A stretch of 64,000 nt of DNA from Picochlorum sp. SENEW3 (taxonomy: Eukaryota). Location of the stretch: the NCBI GenBank assembly GCA_034226945.1, contig CP120458.1:186001-250000 (forward strand). The letters are read 5' to 3'. Shown here piece by piece: positions 24,751 through 36,200 of the stretch (within the stretch, counting starts at the first letter, position 1; each line of letters starts with the position of its first letter). Below the pieces are notes generated by a model that saw nothing but the letters and a program-made list of their open reading frames with translations, ran no database searches and was not told the DNA's origin. Both the position numbers and the translations under genes were made by a program.

Positions 24751-25795
24751 CTCAAAATTATGACGCGGGGTATCATGAACTCCTTCAGAACACAGTGGGT
24801 TACAATACTGTATTTTGGCAGGTAATTGTCTTATATAAGTGAGATACGAAGATTCAGACGAGCCGTTAATCACCATGCTGGATTCAGATCACGATATACG
24901 TTTGTGCCATAAGATAACTCGTTGATAACCCACTGGGATAGAGAGAAAAGAAAAATATTAGGTGAAGTAACACTGTAGCAGTTTTATCTCGAACAGAACT
25001 GGGGATCCCGAGCAATTGGCAACAACATGATTCATCTAGATAATTAAGAATGTTTCATACATGCTGGCAGAGCAGTAAATCCTTATATTTGCTGAGAAAG
25101 GACCCCCTGGCTGTTGCCAAAAAAAAGTGAAACTCGCAGCATAGTTTGCCACAACAACATGAGTTTGAAAACCTTGTTTCGCAGAAGAACAGGTTTTGAA
25201 GATTATTTTATGTGGTAATTTAGCCAGCTTGAGGATCCTAGAAGGCTTCCATTCGATTCTGGTCCCACTCTCAATTGTTCCTCATCAAATGCTCTTGCTC
25301 CTTCAATTGCAATTGAGAGGTCCCTACACCAGGCGCCGACGGCGACCCACTGAGCCATTCTGTGGTTATATTATATTCAATCAAAAGACGTGACGTGAAC
25401 ACAAAGATGGAAAGGTGCGAATAAATGCATTTAAAGTTGCCAGCGCCTCCCTCCTTCCCATGCCTGGAACTCATCTTCCAAATTTGCAAATTAGTTTGAC
25501 CCCTGGCATGATAGATTGATCAATCTCTCTGGGAAAACGGTTACCCCAGAAGAACGTGCTGTTATTTTAAAGACGGGCTTGGCTTTCCATGGCTTTTTTT
25601 GAGTTGCCACGAAAAAGATTGCTATCCGTCAATATCGAGTTCTGCGACGTAGATCATGTCATGACGTAGAGCAAGTCCATCAACTTGTTACCCATGCTTG
25701 GACCCATATGGGCACGATGTCTGGTGCTGTAACCCACACTAATTAATTGTCTTCGGATAGATATTTATTGTTGGAGAGTTATTACAGGAGAATTA

Positions 25796-28700
25796 CAGTA
25801 GTCCGAAAAAAGATAACCCAAATTCACCGGGAACACCTTCATGAAGTGGAGGTATTTCATTTTTGTGATCACTGAACGCGCCATATCTCCCTACCCAGCG
25901 AGAATTAGACCCTCTAGTCTCTGCCACAGGCCTCTACAGGCTCCAATCTATCCATCCGTCCCTAGAATCGACATTCCATGAGATGTCAACAATCGCATCC
26001 TGTCTGTTTCAGTCAGGCATCACCAGATCTAGTCATCTGTCATTAAGCCGATACATCCATGTATTGATCATTCTTTTATTGATTGATATGGTTTAAAAGT
26101 CAAGATAGACTATCTAGATCGCTCATACATAGTTCTGGAGGTGATTTTCTCCTTGCTGCATTTTCAAAATTCTGGTGACATTTTCAAATGGGATCTGTAA
26201 AGAAACGACGCAGTGAATCTGATTCACGTCGCAAGAATAAACATAAAAAGCGCAATAAATCTGGTAGAGAAAATGAAGGGGTCAAGTATCTCGGGCATGC
26301 TGGGAAAGAAGTGAATGTTGTGTTGGGCAACAACGCTTCGCCGGGAAGCATCCGTATCAACATCCATCAAGATCAGAGGGTTTCAAAGAGCTCAACCGTA
26401 GAGCGAGAAGATAGAAGGAAGAGAGCGAAGGAAAGGGCGAGAAAGAAAAGGAAATACGAGTCTGCAAAGGGACAGGAAAGGCTTCAAAAGAAGGCCATGA
26501 AGAAAGCTCAGAAGAGAATAGAGAAAAGGCGGAGAAAGTATGTCAGACAAACTGGGAATGATGTATCATTGGATGAATTTAAGAGTCTGGAAAAGACCGA
26601 GAAAGAGCAAATGGCCCAAAGGGGGAAACAACAGGTTGACCCCAGCAGTGGGATGGCACCAATATCTGCATATTTTCTCCCCAGAGAACCAGAGGAAGAG
26701 GAAGAAAACACGGCTGCTTCAAGCCAATCAAACGTTGATATCGTTGTTAGAATGTTTAAGCAGTTATTACCAGGTGATCGTGAAGAAAGGACAGAAGATA
26801 CATTGCCTCCTGAGACTCAGTCAGAGGAACATAATAATAGCACTGAGACGAGATTGATGTATCTCCGTCTCGCATATCTGGATCGTCGTAAGGTTAACAA
26901 AATGAGGAAAACTCCAGCAGCAGACTTCATACGAAAGACTGATCTGATTGGACCTGTTTTCATTGAGGGAATGATTGGCCGAAGCATCGCTAAGATTGAC
27001 CAGTCTGAGTTTCTCAAATTGAGTGATTTTGACTTGAGGAAAGCAGGAAGAAATATTGGCCGTATGAAGTTCAAATCTTTGAAAGATTCTTTGATTGACG
27101 CAGAATGGAAAGTTGATGTGAAATATCTGTCAAAGAGAAACAGAAAGGGAGATAACAATGCCTGGACACCCGAGCAAGTCAGGCTGATCATTGACGCTGT
27201 GGAGGGACGAGAAAACTCATTTATGGGAAAAGGTAAGGCACGGAGTTTCAATCAGGCAGCCTCTTATCTAAAGGAAACACTTAAGAAGAAAGAAGGATTT
27301 AACTGGGATACCATCAACAAAGAGAAAGTCAAATATGTTTACAGGAATAAGGATCAACTCCTTTGCCCATCAACCAAGTGCAAGCGAGGTAGACCCACAT
27401 TGCTTTCTTCAGAATGTTTAGAAGCTATTGAAAAATTTGTGCACGAGACGCTCGACGGCAAAATCAGTTACAGACTGAGCTATTACCTTGATCACATGGA
27501 AAGGATTCTTCAAGAATTCAAGGAAGATGAGCTTTTTTATGATGCTTGCAGAAACCCAGACATCTACCTTCGCACCCTCATATACAAAAAAGGAGGGGCT
27601 ACAAGAAAAGTAACAACATATGGAGGCAAAGATTTATCTGACGAGGAGAGACTCTTGAATACTGAGCAAAATTTCCAGCGCCTTGCATTCCTTGTCCAGA
27701 AGTATGGTCTACACAAAAACGACGTGTACAACTTTGATGAAACAGCTGTAAGGTTTCACGAAGATGCAAGTGGCACGGTAATTACACGCAGAGGAAGGAA
27801 AGTAGTCAGAGGGGAAGCTTATGAAGGATCTCTAGATCACAGACTTTGCTGTACATTCATTCCAATGGTCAGCTGTGCTGGTGAGAAATTTGATCCTGCC
27901 GTCATATTCAAGGGAACAAAGATGCAAACAGGAGCTATACCAGGCCATAAAGAAGATTTTAAGACTTGGCAGGAATTATATGATGAGGAAGGGGAAAATG
28001 AGATCTGTTTCATGCAAAACAAAGGCAAGTGGTCCACCAATGATACTATGGTCCAGTGGTTCAAAGAGCATTTCATTCCACGTGTTCATGTGGCAAAATC
28101 AAGGAGAAGATTGCAAGGAGAAATCGTATCTAATAAATATGTCGTTATCCTCGATGGCGTGAGCACCCACTGCCTCTCACAGAAAAGTGGGACGACTTCT
28201 TGGATAACAGAGCTTCAGGGACATGATCCTGATCTGATTTTACTTTGGCTTCCTCCCAACATGACGGGTGATCTACAACCCTTGGATGTCAATTTCAATA
28301 GACCTTTCAAATCCAAATTCAGGCCTATATTGGCAACATTAAAGAAGAAGAGGAGGGATATGGATGAGTCCAACCCACAGGTGGACAATACTTCAAGGGA
28401 AAATTCAGCTGCTTATAAATTGAAGGCTGTCGTGATCGAGGGGATTATAAATGCATACAAAGAAATTCCAGAAACTCAAATTGAAAAAGGATGGACAAAG
28501 GCTGGCAAGTATGTATATGAGGATAATGACAAGCCTCATGATGGTTCTGGCTATTACTCAGCATGGGACACAGACACCCAAAATGATGCTACAACTCAAT
28601 ATGCCGCAGGGACATTGTTTCACCAAGGTATGAGTGGTGGTATATCGGACATTGGGGGGAATTTACGATTCATTCCCAAGGCTGGAAGGAAGAAGAAACA

Positions 28701-29108
28701 GACCACAGAGGAAGAAACAGACCTGGACCCCGAAGATATGGAGGAAAGCGTTGAAGAGACTGAGGCACCCACTCAACAGTTTTCAGAATATGGGACCTCG
28801 GAGTGTCCAGATGAATTTGTTGATGAAGAGACCGCTGAAGATATGATAGTTGACCCCATTTCTGATTGAAGCACTTGGCCTGTGGGTGGTGGGGGGGCCA
28901 TATGGCATCTCATACCCAATGACGGCCCCATATCGACTCGAAATCACTGGAATCGATATAAGATCCCTTTGTATGACTTCTACTAGGTCTACTTCGTTTA
29001 GAAACCTACAATTTGATGCAAATAAACGAATTTTGTGATTTGGGTTATTTCATTTTGGACTACCGGCACCACCAACAAAAAGCGGAGGTATCTTTTTTCG
29101 GACTACTG
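25796..29108 (+). mobile_element. pogo-like (Tc1/mariner superfamily) DNA transposon, 3313 bp
   Basis: Perfect 20-bp TIRs CAGTAGTCCGAAAAAAGATA (25796..25815) and its reverse complement (29089..29108). Left flank TA, right flank CA. Encloses a DDE transposase ORF. Confidence 0.92.
26188..28869 (+). CDS. pogo/CENP-B-like DDD transposase (893 aa)
   Basis: KRGRPTLL linker, VYNFDETAV, PAVIFKG, VVILDGVSTH and LPPNMTGDLQPLDV..NRPFK. Basic N-terminus and acidic tail; ORF uninterrupted. Confidence 0.92.
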   Translation: MGSVKKRRSESDSRRKNKHKKRNKSGRENEGVKYLGHAGKEVNVVLGNNASPGSIRINIHQDQRVSKSSTVEREDRRKRAKERARKKRKYESAKGQERLQKKAMKKAQKRIEKRRRKYVRQTGNDVSLDEFKSLEKTEKEQMAQRGKQQVDPSSGMAPISAYFLPREPEEEEENTAASSQSNVDIVVRMFKQLLPGDREERTEDTLPPETQSEEHNNSTETRLMYLRLAYLDRRKVNKMRKTPAADFIRKTDLIGPVFIEGMIGRSIAKIDQSEFLKLSDFDLRKAGRNIGRMKFKSLKDSLIDAEWKVDVKYLSKRNRKGDNNAWTPEQVRLIIDAVEGRENSFMGKGKARSFNQAASYLKETLKKKEGFNWDTINKEKVKYVYRNKDQLLCPSTKCKRGRPTLLSSECLEAIEKFVHETLDGKISYRLSYYLDHMERILQEFKEDELFYDACRNPDIYLRTLIYKKGGATRKVTTYGGKDLSDEERLLNTEQNFQRLAFLVQKYGLHKNDVYNFDETAVRFHEDASGTVITRRGRKVVRGEAYEGSLDHRLCCTFIPMVSCAGEKFDPAVIFKGTKMQTGAIPGHKEDFKTWQELYDEEGENEICFMQNKGKWSTNDTMVQWFKEHFIPRVHVAKSRRRLQGEIVSNKYVVILDGVSTHCLSQKSGTTSWITELQGHDPDLILLWLPPNMTGDLQPLDVNFNRPFKSKFRPILATLKKKRRDMDESNPQVDNTSRENSAAYKLKAVVIEGIINAYKEIPETQIEKGWTKAGKYVYEDNDKPHDGSGYYSAWDTDTQNDATTQYAAGTLFHQGMSGGISDIGGNLRFIPKAGRKKKQTTEEETDLDPEDMEESVEETEAPTQQFSEYGTSECPDEFVDEETAEDMIVDPISD

Positions 29109-29270
29109 CATATTTTCTCGAATTTACTATTTTTGCGTCGTCTCGATGAGATATTATATCTACCGCAGTAGCAGCAGAAACCCTATTGGCTAGGTCGCCG
29201 ACGCCTTCAAGACGAATTAAGTGTTTGGCCGCATATTTTATACATTGTTACACAGCTGAACTGGTATTGG

Positions 29271-30865
29271 ATGGAGGATTCCAGCGAAGGGGGAACAATG
29301 AAGGAGTACGAGGGGACGAGCTCTCAAAACTACCATACAGTGCCCGGAATGGCTAGCATGCAGCACGGAGCAACCATGTACGCTAATGCCGGTCCTTATC
29401 AAATACATCCATATATGTATTATGTAAATTGTGTACCATACCCACCATGGTACGCATCAGAGTATCAGGGGTCGCTGCTGGAAGATCACAATGCCAGTCA
29501 TACAGTGCTATTGCCAGTGGCGGTGATCAAGAGAAGGGTGCACGATCTATAAAATGTCGACCAACGAGGTCTTCAAAATCTATTATTGGCGCTCCGAATC
29601 TCTTGAGAAGTGAGAAGTCAGCTATTTCATCGATTATTGGCCTCTCTATTCCAGATAAAGAGTTTCAAATGCGTGAGCAGGAATTTCAGATGCCTCTGCA
29701 TGAGTCACTATCTATGGAGGCGGCCCATTATAAATTTATTTCTTTGGAAATATATAAGAAGGGCAGTGAAGATATCAGTAGTGTGGCGTTGAATGGCGAT
29801 GTTAGAAAGTTGGACCGTGATGTGGTGCGACGACTGGCATTTCACCAGGAAGGGTCCAAGGCACTGCAGAGAATGATCCTATCGCATGTCAAGGTACATG
29901 AACTATCAGAAATATGTCGATCATCTCAAGGGACGGAACCTACACCACCAAGAGATGAATCACAGCAGTTTATTAATCAGATGTATGATGCCCTATCCAA
30001 AGATATTGTGAACTTATGCCTGGACATGTACGGCAATTATACAGTGCAGTGTTTGCTGATGCATGCATCTCCTACTGTTGTAGCAAGCCTAGGAGACATG
30101 ATAGTGACACACGTTGTGCCACTCTCTTTGAACTTTTATGGTTGCAGAGTGGTCCAGTGTGCCATGGAACATCTGCCCATGGAGTATAGATCTAAAATGT
30201 GTGACGCCTTAGAACCACTTGCATTACACTGCCTTCAAAGTCAGAATGCCAATCATGTGATTGATGGTCTTCTGACGTTACCTTGGAGAGACAGACCAGC
30301 TCATGCAGTGCAAATACATGCGTCCATATGTCGCCATGCCCCTCTCTTGGCGACGCATAAGTACGGAGTAACCGTATTAGACACTGCATTGGAGTCTGAT
30401 ATTGCTAAGAATGTATCGAAAGAAGCCACCCAGCGTCTCCTTCAGATATTGGGTGACCTAATCTATGACGAGTTTGGGAATTATCTGATCCAGAATTTGA
30501 TACAATCGAATCTATACGGGACCCGTCGTGCTGTACATGAATTTCTGTTGCATTGTCCTCTGTTGACACTGTCCTGCGATAAATTCGGCTCAAATGTCTT
30601 TGAAACTTCTCTTTCGAACAGTACACAAAAACAGATTGATGCAGTAATCACCACATTCCTTCAGCAATGTCAGGCTGCAGGGCAGATCGATGAGGTAGTA
30701 GCCAATGTATCTATGGATAGATATGGAAACTATATCGTTCAGAAGATGCTGGCGATGTCATCATTTAGACGTCAGATGTTGTCCAGCCACCTGGCACCAC
30801 ATAGTGCCATGCTGATGGAAAGCAAGCATGGTAGGCACACTGCCAAGCAACTCCTCGAAATGTGA
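29271..30865 (+). CDS. Pumilio/PUF RNA-binding protein (8 repeats); 5' end ambiguous
   Basis: Repeats HQEGSKALQ, DMYGNYTVQ, NFYGCRVVQ, SQNANHVID, HKYGVTVLD, DEFGNYLIQ, DKFGSNVFE, DRYGNYIVQ. Confidence 0.88.
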
Positions 30866-30904
30866 TCCACCAGACTAACATCCTTGTTGCACAATGGTGT
30901 TTTC

Positions 30905-30975
30905 TCATTGAATGAATCTGTTTTCTTCTTATGTAATATGACGACAATAGTAGTAATAAAGGAAAAAGGGAGGGA
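30905..30975 (+). repeat. 71-bp direct repeat, copy 2
   Basis: Matches 18301..18371 at 70/71. Confidence 0.95.
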
Positions 30976-31041
30976 AAGGACAATTAGGAAGTAAGAAGAA
31001 GAATGCAACGGTGGTTTGTGAGTTGATCGAAATCCAAAGCC

Positions 31042-33106
31042 ATGACGACACTGAGTCTTGCAGCTGCTGGCACTGCGGTGGCCTTGTACTACTACTCAAA
31101 TAGTAGAGATGGTAGACAAGAAGAGTTTGAGACGCATGCGAATGCGTACAGAGCACCAAAGTCGTTTTTTGAAGATTTGTATTTTTTCGCAGAGGCGTTA
31201 CGGTATGGATTCGATTCTTCTTCATTCTTCTTCTGAATGTCGTCTGACAAGTCATTCATGACTATGATGTAGGTATATGTATGGCGAGACTCTGTATAAA
31301 TGGAAAACGGCAGACTTGTTGTTGGGTCTGTACTATCTGTGTAGCAGGACACCAGAGGTGCATCCTTTGGAGGATATTGGTCGACATGGGTCTGTGTTTG
31401 GGGTTGGGATAGAGGATCCAGGTGCGAAGCAAAAGGCTCGGATGGAGTTGCAGGCGATTGAGCGGTGTTTTGTGTACAATAGTTGTCTTCGGGAGAGGAG
31501 ACCAATTTATCGGAGGAGGAGGATCCTCGAGGTGATGGGGATTCGGGAGGAGGACTTTTTAAAGCAAGCTGTGAGTGCGGGGATATTGAAGCCGTCGTAT
31601 GTGTTGGTAAAGGATGAGGAGATGAAAGCCATTATTCTTGCGATTCGAGGAACGCATTCTGTCAAGGATGCATTCACATCATTGACTGGGGCATCCAAGC
31701 CTCATCATGTGGTTGATTCTAATGGTGTTACCCTGGGATATTCTCATTTTGGTATGCTTGCTGCGGCGCGATGGATGAAATCAGAAGTTGGAGAGGATTT
31801 TAGACATGCACTGGAAACCAATCCAGAGTATCGTCCTCTTGTGATTGGTCACAGTCTGGGTGGAGGGACGGCAGCCATGTTGACGATGATGTTACGGGAA
31901 CAGGGTGGCGTGTTTATGGATGCCACGTGTATATCTATAGCATGCCCGGCGTGTATGACGTTGGAATTGGCTGAGAGCTGCAAGGATTATGTGACAACAA
32001 TAGTGAATGGCTGCGATATCATTCCCACGATATGTGCAGGGTCTGCTGATATATTGCGAGAAGAAGTCACGCAGAGCTCGTGGTATGCTGACTTCAAGAC
32101 AGATATGCGGTCATCACGAATATTTAGGGCTTTTGAGAGTGGTATTCGGGGGGTTGGGACTGCAACGTCATGGACTGCCATTCGGTTGAGTGCGTGTTAT
32201 ACAAGAAGAAAGGAGGGTCATCATAAGAGGCGAAAGGTAGAATCTGATGACCATAGCAATGGATCAGCATCTGTTAGTGGTAGCAGTGCAAATGCGTTTA
32301 GAAGGCGTAAGATTGATGAGAATAGTCGTGATGATAGAAGATTGAAAGGTGGGAATAGCTGGTGGGTGTTACCTCGGTATTTGTCAAATACTGCGTCATA
32401 CGTCATGTCGTCTTTGGGAAAGAAAGAAGATTCCTCAATACATGAGAAACAAGGGGCTGACGATCGAATAGATTTGGAAGAGTCACGCGCCATTGACGAT
32501 CTGACACAGGAAGACGGGCACGACAGTCTGTCTGCAGAGGCAAATTTTCGAATGAGGGCAGTGAAGGATGCGGTTCACGATGCTGAGATTGAGGAAATGG
32601 AGCATGAGAAGCATGCCAGTGCCCATGAGGATGCCGTGCCCTCTATTATTCGGCCCGGGGCATATGGGAATGTTTCTCCCAGCAAGAAGAATTTGGGATG
32701 GAAGAGATCAATGTATCCTGCTGGCAGAATCATGCATTTTGTTCCAGCATCTGTGGTGCCTGGGTATGAGAATGCGTTTGACGATTCAAATGATGATGAA
32801 TTGAATGGGTGCGTGTTCGAGGACTCATCACATTCGAGAAGGGTCTCAGAGTTGAGCTTTGATGATTTTCTGGGAGTTGATGAAGCACTGGGAGCCAGGT
32901 CATCACTCGAAGCCAGGTCACTGCAGGAGCCATTGCCACAACTAAAACCTGCTCCAGGTCCAGCACCGAAGAACATGGTATTGCTTGATCACATTCCTCA
33001 ATCGTTATATGGACGGATTCGCCTCTCGTCCTCTATTTTGTCAGACCATGTGATCCCAAATTATCTGCGGTCGTTGGAATCTTTCAAACAGAATTTTGAT
33101 ATTTAA
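31042..33106 (+). CDS. Lipase class 3 (DAG-lipase-like); intron 31203..31272
   Basis: Motifs LAIRGTHS, YSHFGMLAAARW, GHSLGGG and MYPAGRIMH. Exons join in phase. Confidence 0.9.
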
Positions 33107-33221
33107 ATACGATTCATTTACAATGATCAGTTGTTTGATTTTATACTCTTAGTAATAAATATTAAAACAGAGCATTATGTCTACATATCTCGTGATCCAA
33201 AGATGTGGCTGCCCTCTGGCT

Positions 33222-36200
33222 TCATGCCATGTATCCTTGCTCCAATGTGGCTGCTTGAATAATAGAAGGCAGTCTTGCATTTATCAGTTTTGAAGCTTGT
33301 TCTCCGCATCGATTCATCAGAATATGGGCAATAGATTTGGATTCTGTACAAAGTAGAGGAGCGGGTGTCGTATCTGCTTTCTGGTTGATGAGCGCTGACC
33401 AACGAGATGTTCCCGTCCTGATGGCATGCAATTCGATAGCCAAGGTATTGCTTATTTTGCTGTCTTGCCTTGAATCAAGAGCCTTTAAAATCGCTGACAT
33501 TGCAGTCCTTGCTTCACCTCTGCTTTTTTCAGATTCTTTCAGCTTCTCGTCGAGATGTTGAATTGCTGGCGCCAGGAGTTTCTGCAAGTACTGCTCTGAA
33601 ACCATGATGTCATTTGTCTGAAGGCACTTAGCTGCCATGTATGCCATACGCAGCTGTTTATATCTATTTCTGCAGCAGTCTTTCGACCTCAATTTCCCTT
33701 TTCTAGAAGCCGCAGCGCATGAAGCAACAGATGTAGCAGCACATCCAGCTGCAAGTGCACCAGAAGCAGTATTCCAGATAAAATCCTCTCTGGTCTCGCC
33801 ACTATTAAGCAAGATTGACACGACTGTAGTGAGCACCAAATCTTCCATAGCATCCCAAGGGAACATCAGAACCTTTCTCGCATTCTCCACAGTGGTGGAA
33901 TCTGGCTTCGCCTCTGGCTCCACGGCAGGCTGTGTCGTGCTTGGTCCCTCGTGGACAGTGTCAACCTTTCGAGGTCTCCCAACCTTGCCTCTCTTTGGAG
34001 CCTCGGGAATGTTTAGCAACATCTGCTGCTCTAACCATACAGCTTCTGCTTCAGCTCTACGCTTCTCCTCTTCTTCAGCGGCCCGAATCTGCTCTGTGTA
34101 TGCCTGGTTTGCTGTCATCTGATCCCAATCTGAGACAGCATTTGCCTCTTCATCATCATCAATGTCAGCCTCCTGCAAGACAATCAAACACAATCAATGA
34201 CGTTAGCAAATCTATTATCAGAAGAGTAATACGTTGTACATCGCTGAAATCACCCATTGACGCACCCTTTCTTCCTCAGCCTCTTCAATGGCCTCAATGT
34301 CAAATTGCTCCACTTTGTATGCAGCTTCCATCTCTGCTGTGAGAGCATCTTTATCTATTTTTCCTGAGTAATTTTCAATAAATCTGACAGCATATCGCTC
34401 AATTGGCCGGAGAGCATTATCGAGGGCTTGCATCGGGTCGTGGGATTGGTCATCCAGATGTGCCATTCTCACAACTTCCTTCATGACTTCATCGTCCTCC
34501 TCTTCTTTTGGCGCTGTCTGCTCAGTATTGCCCTCGCTATCCTCTTTGCTCTTTTCTTCCTCTGAAGGTGCCACTGCAGGAGGAATATCACGAGTAAACT
34601 CTTCCATCTCAGCAGCAGTCTCTTTTTCTGCGGCAGCTGCAGCCGCAGCATCTCCCTCATCCTCAGCAGCCCGCATAGCCTCTTTCCAGACCTCTTGATC
34701 TTCCGTTTGTCCAGAAGGCAAAAGAGTCTTATTTATCTCCTCTCCATACAATATATCCGTTGTAAAACCTCCAGATTGTATTGCCAAGAAGTCTAGTTCT
34801 CTTTTCTGATCACTTTTGCGCAAGATGTTCTCCTCAATAGTGTGCTCACTAATCAAGCGATAGATGTGTACCTCACGGGTTTGGCCAATCCTATGGCATC
34901 TATCCTGCGCTTGCGCATCCATTGCTGGATTCCAGTCGGAATCATAAAAAATAACTGTATCAGCACCGGTAAGATTCATTCCTACGCCGCCACTTCGTGT
35001 CGAGAGTATGAAGCAGAATATCTTTGGGTTTGTATTAAACCTTTGCATCAGCATTTGGCGAGCTTCTGGTTTTGTTGCTCCATCAAGCCTGACATATGTA
35101 TGTCCATGAATATTCAAAAATGCCTCTAAAACGTCAAGCATTTTACTCATTTGGGTGAAAATGAGTGCTCGATGTCCTCCAGATTTGAGCCTGGTCAGCA
35201 AGCGAGCAAGCTCCTGAAGTTTCCCACAGTCATACTGAATCAATCGTTTATCTGGGAAGAACAGTTGCTGGCGAACCCTTGGAACATGCAGCAAGGCAGT
35301 AGATGAGGTAAATTGGTTCCAAAGATGTTCTCTCTTCGCAATCATTTCAGTGATTGATACTGGCTGCGGACTTCCAGAAACGAGCTGAGGCATGGCTGAC
35401 CTTGCCTTTGGTATGACAAAAACAAAGTTTTTTAGAATACTGTTCATCTCATTTGATCGGTCCTCTGGAAGTTTGACTGCATTCAATAAATTGGAAGATA
35501 AGGATAAAGCATTTGGATGATTCCATCGCTCGTGAATGCTGACAGGATGAGATACAATGCATAGCTCAGAGCGCAAACTTTGACCAAAGGCTGTCGGCAG
35601 CTCTTTCATTCTGGACAAACTCAAGTCCCCTAGACTCTTTGCTCTGTCTTTCCTCCACTCTTTTCTCTTTTGTGCAATATCTCGCAGAAATTTGGATACA
35701 AGAGACAGTGATTGAGCAGATGGGGTTCGACCTAGGGATCCCAACAATGACACATGTGCACTACCAAGAAGGGCAAATAAATCCTCCTCTGCTGTTGTTT
35801 CTGGCTCCAAAAAGGTGTTCTTTTCCTCAACTAGCTCGAGAGCATCTTTTTCCCAGGAGCACATCTCGGATGCGTCCTTCAAATGCAGGATTTCTAGTTC
35901 CTCCCTGGAAATTCGAAGTGCATCCTTTATCACGAGTGAAGGCATCCTGATCTCTAGCCCATCCATATCAAAAGCCGAAATGATGGGCCGACCTTCGAAC
36001 AGATCTGGATGATTACATACTTTCCGCAGCTGCATCAAACAGTTCATGATTCCCAAGAAATTTCCTGAGGCAAGGACATTCCTGGTGTCTGATTGGGACA
36101 CATATTCCTCGTAGAGCTGCCTTTGGCGCTTTGAAAGCCTACACTTGATGACATGCTCATGCTTTGCAGGAAGCTGTTTTTCGACATCTTTCTTCAAGCG

